A stretch of 18,395 bases of DNA from an uncultured archaeon (GTDB lineage Archaea > Asgardarchaeota > Thorarchaeia > Thorarchaeales > Thorarchaeaceae), in the NCBI GenBank assembly GCA_964458565.1, contig CAYWJO010000025.1, positions 30,434 to 48,828 of the forward strand, in the 5' to 3' direction. Both the position numbers and the translations under genes were made by a program. Below, piece by piece: positions 8,933 to 15,404 of this stretch. Each line of letters opens with the position of its first letter. The first letter of the stretch is position 1. The notes below the pieces were generated by a model. It worked only from the letters and a program-made list of their open reading frames with translations, was not told the origin of the DNA and ran no database searches.

Positions 8933-9043
8933 ATGCAGACAGAATTACAACCAATAATTGGCATCCTATTGAACGCAATGGGGATAATAGCTCTTATGCT
9001 CATCCTAGCTTACACAGTCTATGGTGAGGAAGAGGAAGAATAG
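8933..9043 (+). CDS. 36-aa single-pass membrane microprotein (not in the ORF track)
   Basis: MQTELQPIIGILLNAMGIIALMLILAYTVYGEEEEE*: one clean TM helix plus an acidic tail. TTATAA at 8897-8902 and GGAGG at 8916-8920 upstream. Confidence 0.6.
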   Translation: MQTELQPIIGILLNAMGIIALMLILAYTVYGEEEEE

Positions 9044-9067
9044 TCAATCTAGGAGGAGGATCCTCCA

Positions 9068-9301
9068 TTGAGTTTTGTAACGTTATTAAATCAGGCATTT
9101 GAAAACGTAGGCGCTAATATTGCAAATCTTGATGAAGTCAGGGATTTATTAGCAAAAATTGAGAATGAAGCGGATTCCATTAGTCATGTGATTTCATTAC
9201 TTGAATTAGAGATGGCTGAAGTCGATATAACTCTTAGAACAGATATACGCATCTTGATAAATGAATTCAAACACCTCTCAGAAGAGAGGCGAACTTCGTA
9301 A
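9068..9301 (+). CDS. Hypothetical helical protein, translationally coupled to lhr
   Basis: 77 aa, strong AGGAGGAGG SD at 9051-9059, TAATG stop/start overlap with the helicase. Confidence 0.65.
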   Translation: MSFVTLLNQAFENVGANIANLDEVRDLLAKIENEADSISHVISLLELEMAEVDITLRTDIRILINEFKHLSEERRTS

Positions 9302-12132
9302 TGGCTGACTTCAATATTTTTGATAACAATATCATAGATTTTCTGAAGTCAAAACAAATTACAGCACCCACACCTATCCAAGAAAAGGCGATACCAATTA
9401 TTTTTGGTGGTGAGGATGTACTTCTTTTAGCTCCCACAGGTAGTGGAAAAACAGAGGCGGCATTATTACCTCTACTACAAAAACTCGTCAAAAAGCGGCT
9501 GGAACGAGAATTATTTGGATTTTACATAATCTACGTGACTCCGCTTAGAGCACTTAATAGAGATGTATTCAAACGAATCGAAGAACTGTGCGACCATCTG
9601 AATCTTACCGTGGCTGTACGACATGGCGACACAACACAGCATTTTCGAAGAAAACAAGCAATTCATCCACCTAATCTATTGATTACGACTCCGGAATCAC
9701 TGCAGGCGATACTGCCAGGAAAAAGATTGCGATATCATCTGAGAACAACTTTTGCAGTCGTGGTAGATGAGATTCACGAACTAGCTGATAGTAAACGAGG
9801 AGCACAACTTACATTAGGTCTTGAACGTCTTGAGAAGCTAGTTGGAACACGTGTTCAAAGAATTGGCTTGTCTGCAACAGTTGGCAATCCAAAGGAAGTA
9901 GCTCAGCTACTTGTGGGTACGAGTAGAAGTGTCAAAACAGTTTGGGCTGGGTATCAGAATCGTTTGAAAGACCTTAGAATAGAGATGCCTAAACCTGATG
10001 CTAGAGATAAGAGAATATCAAGAAAGATCTCCTATCCCCAACATTCCACAGCCCGTTTACATCAAATTATCAAACTCATAGAGTCACATACCTCGACGAT
10101 TGTATTTACAAACACTAGGTCTTTCGCAGAAGTGCTTGGAGCTAAAATGAGACTCCTAAAACCAGAATATGAATTCGATGTTCACCATGGGTCTCTTTCA
10201 AAAGGCATCAGACTCTCTGCAGAGAATAGACTGAAGGAAGGAATTTCAAAGGCAATTATAGCCACCTCGAGTCTTGAGTTGGGAATTGATATCGGACAGG
10301 CAGATTTAGTGATTCAGTATTCAAGCCCGAGGGAAGTATCTCGTGCACTACAACGTACTGGAAGGGCAGGTCATGGCGTGGGACAAGTATCAGAAGGAGT
10401 CATAATATCGACCATGAATGCTGATGATATCTCTGAGTCCGCAGTGATTCTTCGTAGAGCGAAACAGAACAAAGTAGAAAGGGCAGACATTCCAAGAAAC
10501 GCGTGGGATGTACTTGCACATCAAATCAGTGGAATCTTGTTAGATACAGATGAAATCGAAATAGATGAACTCCTTAAACTCATTCATGCTGCATATCCTT
10601 TCTCCACGGTTTCAAATGAACAACTGAACAAATTATTACTCTTTTTGGAGAAGAGAAGAATTGTCAAACAAGAAGAGCAGAAAATTAGTAAGAACAGTAA
10701 GACAAGAAAATTCTACTATGAGAATCTAAGTACAATTCCGGATGTTAGAAAGGTAAATGCTATTGATATGAGCACTCGATCAAGCATCGGAGTTTTAGAT
10801 GAAGATTATGTTACTGAGAGTGTTGAAACTGGCTCGGTTTTTGTAATAAGAGGTAGACCATGGCAGGTTGTGAGTATCGATGATGATGAGGTTCTGTGTG
10901 TCCCTACTATTGATATCGATACGGAAGCTCCGAAATGGGTAGGGGAAATGATTCCCGTACCATATGAGGTGGCGGCAGAAGTGGGCGCACTCTGGTCAAG
11001 TCTAGTATCAAAAACAGAAGAGGACATGAGATTATGGGCCGCTTCTCAATATTTCCTCAAAGGGGATATGTTTGATCACGTTCTTGAAACCATTCTGAGC
11101 TCATTTAAGACCCTTGGCGCAATTCCTTCTGAGGGCCTCCTCATTATTGAAAGTTTCAATCAAGGGTTAGTGCTTCACTCAACCTATGGCACCAAGACAA
11201 ACGAAACTCTTGGTATAGTGCTAGCCGCTCTTCTCACAACAAGGATGGGAGTACAGGTTGGTGTGGAACGTGATCCATATCGAATCTTGTTCACTTCGGA
11301 TGAAAGGATTGATCCATCAAATATTCTCGATATTTTTAGAGACTATAATGGAGAACATGTAAGTACGATACTTAGAATGGTCCTTAAGCAGACACAGAAT
11401 TTTCTCTCACGATTTGTTCATGTCGCAAGGAGAATGGATGTGATTCGTAGAGATGTCAAGTTGAAGGATATTCCTATCAGGCATGTCATGAAAGTATCTG
11501 AAGGAACTCCTGTATTCGAGGAGGCAATGCGTGAAGTTCTGCATGAAAAGCTGGACGAGGAAAGAGTGATACACATCTTTGATCACGTGGCAAAGGGGAA
11601 ATTGGCAGTAAAGATAGTCACGTCAAAGAGCCCTTCATCACTTGCCCGGTTGATAGTTGAAGAGAAGAGCCGTTTCGAAGTAATTGGGGAACTATCAGAA
11701 GAACATGAAGTACTCAGGATGATGGAAGAAAGATTGTTAGCCAAGAAATTCAGATTAGTATGTCTTAACTGCAACTGGGATTCAAGGAGAACAGTTTCTA
11801 CATTGGAAGATAGCGTAAAATGTCCTGTCTGTGATGGAAAAATGATAGCTGTACTGCCACCGGGTAACAAGACATTTCTAAAGATTGTACAGAAGAAATT
11901 GAAGGAGCAACTACTTACAAAAGAAGAACAGAAAGAGTATACTTCAAAATCATTAACTGCAAGTCTGGTAGCGCAATATGGAAAGATTGCGCTTATTGTA
12001 TTGGCTGGCAGAGGAATAGGTCCAACAGGTGCATCCCGTATTTTGAAACCGGGTTTGACCGAGAGAATGGATATTTTGAAAGCTATTGCAAAGGCGGAGA
12101 TAGAATATGCAAGAACGCGACCATTCTGGTGA
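9301..12132 (+). CDS. lhr: Lhr-family SF2 DEAD/DEAH helicase with C-terminal Zn ribbon
   Basis: APTGSGKTEAA, YVTPLRALNRD, TTPESLQ, DEIH, GLSATVG, HHGSLS, ATSSLELGID and QRTGRAGH motifs, with C-terminal CLNC...CPVC. Confidence 0.93.
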   Translation: MADFNIFDNNIIDFLKSKQITAPTPIQEKAIPIIFGGEDVLLLAPTGSGKTEAALLPLLQKLVKKRLERELFGFYIIYVTPLRALNRDVFKRIEELCDHLNLTVAVRHGDTTQHFRRKQAIHPPNLLITTPESLQAILPGKRLRYHLRTTFAVVVDEIHELADSKRGAQLTLGLERLEKLVGTRVQRIGLSATVGNPKEVAQLLVGTSRSVKTVWAGYQNRLKDLRIEMPKPDARDKRISRKISYPQHSTARLHQIIKLIESHTSTIVFTNTRSFAEVLGAKMRLLKPEYEFDVHHGSLSKGIRLSAENRLKEGISKAIIATSSLELGIDIGQADLVIQYSSPREVSRALQRTGRAGHGVGQVSEGVIISTMNADDISESAVILRRAKQNKVERADIPRNAWDVLAHQISGILLDTDEIEIDELLKLIHAAYPFSTVSNEQLNKLLLFLEKRRIVKQEEQKISKNSKTRKFYYENLSTIPDVRKVNAIDMSTRSSIGVLDEDYVTESVETGSVFVIRGRPWQVVSIDDDEVLCVPTIDIDTEAPKWVGEMIPVPYEVAAEVGALWSSLVSKTEEDMRLWAASQYFLKGDMFDHVLETILSSFKTLGAIPSEGLLIIESFNQGLVLHSTYGTKTNETLGIVLAALLTTRMGVQVGVERDPYRILFTSDERIDPSNILDIFRDYNGEHVSTILRMVLKQTQNFLSRFVHVARRMDVIRRDVKLKDIPIRHVMKVSEGTPVFEEAMREVLHEKLDEERVIHIFDHVAKGKLAVKIVTSKSPSSLARLIVEEKSRFEVIGELSEEHEVLRMMEERLLAKKFRLVCLNCNWDSRRTVSTLEDSVKCPVCDGKMIAVLPPGNKTFLKIVQKKLKEQLLTKEEQKEYTSKSLTASLVAQYGKIALIVLAGRGIGPTGASRILKPGLTERMDILKAIAKAEIEYARTRPFW

Positions 12133-12724
12133 TGGAAAGAAACCCATGATTGTATTTGCAGGACGTAGTAATGTCGGAAAAAGCAGTACTATTAGAGCAT
12201 TAACAGGGAAGAAAGTCAGGGTTGGAAAACGCCCCGGAAGTACAAGATGGGAGCAATTTATTGATTTGGGAAAAATCTCTCTTGTGGATATCCCGGGTTT
12301 TGGATATATGGCAGGACAGAGCAAAGAAGCAATTGAAGAAACCAAAAAAATGATTGTCCAGAATTTGGAGAAATGGAGCGATAGACTTGCAATTTCTGTA
12401 CTGATCATTGATATCTCATTATTTCAAGAACTTGTTGAACGATGGGAGAAGAGAGGTGAGATTCCAATCGATATTGAATTCTACAGCTTTCTCTCTGAAA
12501 TCTCACCAAGAGTCATTGTGGTATGTAATAAGATTGACAAACTCAAGAAGAGAGAATTAGATGATGCAATCAAATTGCTAGAATTTAAACTACGTGAAGC
12601 TCTACCGAATGCGATTCCCAACATTGTCACCATATCAGCAACAAAAAAGAAAGGAGTGAGAAAGCTCGCTCAGATGATAGAGTCCGAGCTTTCTGGATTG
12701 GGCTTACCTGCACCAAGTTGGTGA
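12107..12724 (+). CDS. engB: GTP-binding protein EngB/YihA family
   Basis: GRSNVGKSS (G1), RPGST (G2), DIPGFG (G3), NKID (G4), SA (G5). Confidence 0.9.
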   Translation: MQERDHSGDGKKPMIVFAGRSNVGKSSTIRALTGKKVRVGKRPGSTRWEQFIDLGKISLVDIPGFGYMAGQSKEAIEETKKMIVQNLEKWSDRLAISVLIIDISLFQELVERWEKRGEIPIDIEFYSFLSEISPRVIVVCNKIDKLKKRELDDAIKLLEFKLREALPNAIPNIVTISATKKKGVRKLAQMIESELSGLGLPAPSW

Positions 12725-12727
12725 GTA

Positions 12728-13861
12728 TTATTTTCTCCTCTTCTGTATGATGTAATATGCAACTCCAATTACAATGAAAACAGAGGACAGCATTAACATA
12801 GGAATGATCGCACTTGGTGGTTCGATTGCATCCTCAGAGAGCCAATGGAGTATGTTCATGAACAAGAAACGATTATCACCCTGATAGAACCAGTCCTCAC
12901 TGTTCCTATTATCGGATTCAGGAAGTGCTAGAGACATTCCAGAGAACATGATTGTGGAACCACATATAACTACTCTACTGTTGTTATATTCGAAAGCAGA
13001 AAGCCAGGAAGGAAAGGTCCCATTTATGGCTGAATACGAAAGAGGAAATTGCTCGAATTCAGATATGGATATATTTGGAAAACTTGTATTTGCAAATGTA
13101 TTAGGTCCCTTTCTATATTGTGCGAAGGATTCATCATAGCTTTGGGCAATATTGCTATCAGCGTCATTTGGCTTGAGTGTTGCAGTCATTACTACAAGAT
13201 TGTTGATGTTCTTGAAAATGGGATGTGTGGCTTTCCATGTTGATGAGTCCATTTGAATGATATATGGAGATGTCGAGTTAAGGGAATTCGCATAATCAAA
13301 CATTGTATCACCGTAATTCTCAACGGATGTGGTCGATTCCGTAACATTATTGCTAAATCTGACACCAGTCATATTAAGAGCATCAAGCAGAGTGTTGATT
13401 GCGATGTTCTCACCAATATCACGAAATGTTGTATCTGCCCAATATTCTTCTATTTCTTGGTCAATATTTGGATTCCCTGCTATCAATAGTGAACTTCCAT
13501 TATTGAGCATTCTTGAAATTGCACCAATCTCGGACTGTTGAAAGGGATTACCTTCATCAGGAGCTGGGATGATAAGAATATCGACATCTTGAAGGTACGT
13601 ATCATTTAGGGGTGCACCTTCGTGTATCTTCACTAGGTATCTAGTGGAGGCATTTACCATATCTAACATCAATTTCAAACCAGTATCAGCATCATATGGA
13701 TCAAAATGCTCCCCATGAGTGTTATCTACAAGCACAACAACGGCATCTAATTCGATCTGTGCTGCAGTGGGAATCTGAACTGAAGATAGGACTAACATCA
13801 CCGCTATAATAGCTATATAGTATTTGGTCAGGCTCCTGAGCCTCATCATCGTAATTTTCAA
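12728..13861 (-). CDS. Type I membrane protein with GIFT (GldG/IFT52-like) domain
   Basis: Signal peptide (YYIAIIAVMLVLSSVQIPTAA). Motifs VLVDNTHGE, LQDVDILIIPAP...F..SEI.AI..ML.NGSSLLIAG, SRVVICGS..MFS and DN.FLFMNILHWLS. C-terminal TM helix and KRRK tail. The start may be ATG 13849. Confidence 0.65.
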   Translation of the reverse strand: MKITMMRLRSLTKYYIAIIAVMLVLSSVQIPTAAQIELDAVVVLVDNTHGEHFDPYDADTGLKLMLDMVNASTRYLVKIHEGAPLNDTYLQDVDILIIPAPDEGNPFQQSEIGAISRMLNNGSSLLIAGNPNIDQEIEEYWADTTFRDIGENIAINTLLDALNMTGVRFSNNVTESTTSVENYGDTMFDYANSLNSTSPYIIQMDSSTWKATHPIFKNINNLVVMTATLKPNDADSNIAQSYDESFAQYRKGPNTFANTSFPNISISEFEQFPLSYSAINGTFPSWLSAFEYNNSRVVICGSTIMFSGMSLALPESDNRNSEDWFYQGDNRFLFMNILHWLSEDAIEPPSAIIPMLMLSSVFIVIGVAYYIIQKRRK

Positions 13862-13898
13862 CCTCTTTGCTCAGTATTTGAGGGCGATTTTGAGCGGC

Positions 13899-13914
13899 GT
13901 TTTAAACCTTTCAC
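13899..13914 (-). promoter_or_regulatory. Putative archaeal BRE-TATA promoter for the GIFT-domain gene
   Basis: Minus strand reads GTGAAAGGTTTAAAAC (purine-rich BRE followed by TTTAAAA), about 40 nt upstream of 13861. Confidence 0.45.
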
Positions 13915-13941
13915 CATCTCCACATATCGCCAAGTGGAGAT

Positions 13942-14337
13942 TCAATTGGTCTTCCGTAACTTGGTAAACAAACGTCTGCGTTCTGCGTCTGTTGAATCTA
14001 CAATCTCATACGCGCCTCGAATCTCAGCAATCCTCTGAGCGAGTAGATGATAGCAGGTTGTTGAATCACCAGAGATTACGACGGATTGATAGAAGTCACG
14101 TCCAGTACAGAAAATTTCGGGGATTACGAGATATTCTTTTTTTGTTCCCTTTACTATCCAAACGTGCGTTTCACTTGGTTTGAATTGATATTTCTGTACT
14201 TTTGCTTCTTCCACGGCTCGTAAGGCTCTTACAAATCGATTACCAAACTTAGACTTGAAGAACTCAATATCATCTTGAGTGAGTTCGCTCTTTGAGAGTC
14301 GTTTGGTCTCGGATTTATTGAGTATCATAGTCTTCAT
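13942..14337 (-). CDS. SWIM zinc-finger protein (archaeal SWS1/ZSWIM7-like)
   Basis: VWIVKG...EYLV...FCTGRDFY...TCYHLLA follows the SWIM CxC...CxH layout, with the second Cys replaced by Gly. Confidence 0.7.
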   Translation of the reverse strand: MKTMILNKSETKRLSKSELTQDDIEFFKSKFGNRFVRALRAVEEAKVQKYQFKPSETHVWIVKGTKKEYLVIPEIFCTGRDFYQSVVISGDSTTCYHLLAQRIAEIRGAYEIVDSTDAERRRLFTKLRKTN

Positions 14338-14375
14338 ACCCTTGTATTATGGTTATGTTAAAATGATATAGGATT

Positions 14376-15218
14376 TTGAGTAATACACCGATGGAATTCA
14401 TCTTTGATGACAGAGCAATGGTACTAAAAGGTACGCTAGAAGCTGCACTTGTAGTTTCCGACATTCATCTTGGGTATGAGATTGAGCTAGAACAGCGTGG
14501 AGTCCATATCCCACCTCAGCATATAGACATGATCAGTCGACTAAAACATTTAATTCATACCTATAATATTGATAGATTATTCATTATAGGTGATGTGAAG
14601 CATTCTATCATGGTAGACAGTGCATACAACTGGAGTGTGGTACCAGAATTCATGGATGAGTTATCAGCATTTGTAAAGATTGTAATAATCCCGGGAAACC
14701 ATGATGGAGATCTTGAAGCGATACTTCCAAGAAGCGTTGTGTTAGGTAGTGTACAAGGTACGATTTTTTCTGATAACGGATATTCTGTGGGACTGATTCA
14801 TGGACATGCTTGGCCGTCTCGAGAGGTTTTAGACTCAGATTTAATCGTAATGGGGCACACTCATCCTGCAATAAAAAGAGAAAAGCGTGTAACCGCTCCA
14901 GATCTAGGAAGAACGGAGAGGATAAGATCGTTGGCTTGGATTCCAGTGATTTTGCGTTCTAGATTGGACAAACAATGTGTACGTATGAAAATGGGTATTG
15001 AAGAAGAGACGAAAGACTCTGAGGGTAAATTGCTTGTATTACCTGGATTCAATCCTTTACTAACAGGAATTTCCATCAATAGAATAGATTCGGAATTACA
15101 AGGTCCCTTCTATACTAATGGATGCATCGATTTTCTGGATTCGGATGTTTTGAGTACACAGGGAGTTTTTCTTGGGAAAGTAAAATTACTTCGGAAAAAA
15201 AGTCAACGAAACCATTAA
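14376..15218 (+). CDS. Calcineurin-like metallophosphoesterase (COG1407-type, putative nuclease)
   Basis: SDIHLG, GDVKH, PGNHD, HGH and GHTHP motifs, plus LP.FNPL. Confidence 0.9.
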   Translation: MSNTPMEFIFDDRAMVLKGTLEAALVVSDIHLGYEIELEQRGVHIPPQHIDMISRLKHLIHTYNIDRLFIIGDVKHSIMVDSAYNWSVVPEFMDELSAFVKIVIIPGNHDGDLEAILPRSVVLGSVQGTIFSDNGYSVGLIHGHAWPSREVLDSDLIVMGHTHPAIKREKRVTAPDLGRTERIRSLAWIPVILRSRLDKQCVRMKMGIEEETKDSEGKLLVLPGFNPLLTGISINRIDSELQGPFYTNGCIDFLDSDVLSTQGVFLGKVKLLRKKSQRNH

Positions 15219-15252
15219 ATCTCTCCTAGATGGGGAGCTCTCCCAGTTTTAT

Positions 15253-15315
15253 GGGTCGGTGGTCTAGCTACCATATCAGAATTTCTGCTCTGGCTAGATT
15301 GGTATGATTCTTGGT
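15253..15315 (+). tRNA. 5' half of a tRNA-Pro gene with a 30-nt BHB intron at position 17/17a (15270-15299); 3' half absent (pseudo- or split tRNA)
   Basis: Removing 15270-15299 gives GGGTCGGTGGTCTAGCTTGGTATGATTCTTGGT, the typical tRNA-Pro 5' half. The intron boundaries form a central helix CTAG/CTAG, 3-nt bulges CTA and ATT, and an inner helix CCA/TGG. No anticodon 3' strand or T-arm follows. Confidence 0.7.
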
Positions 15316-15404
15316 ATAGGAACACTTATTCTCTTTCGACCTTTGTTCTTATTGTAATTTGAAACACAAATGCGTTCATGAATCAGCAATTGAGGGATAA
15401 ATTG

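Noticed and set aside
8839-9027. 62-aa track ORF after elf1
   Set aside because: Unprotein-like composition and overlap with elf1. The alternative frame 8933..9043 is more convincing.
15231-15245. Small hairpin TGGGGAGCTCTCCCA followed by a T run, as a terminator
   Set aside because: Short and imperfect, and archaeal termination does not require hairpins. It could equally be tRNA leader sequence, so it is not called.
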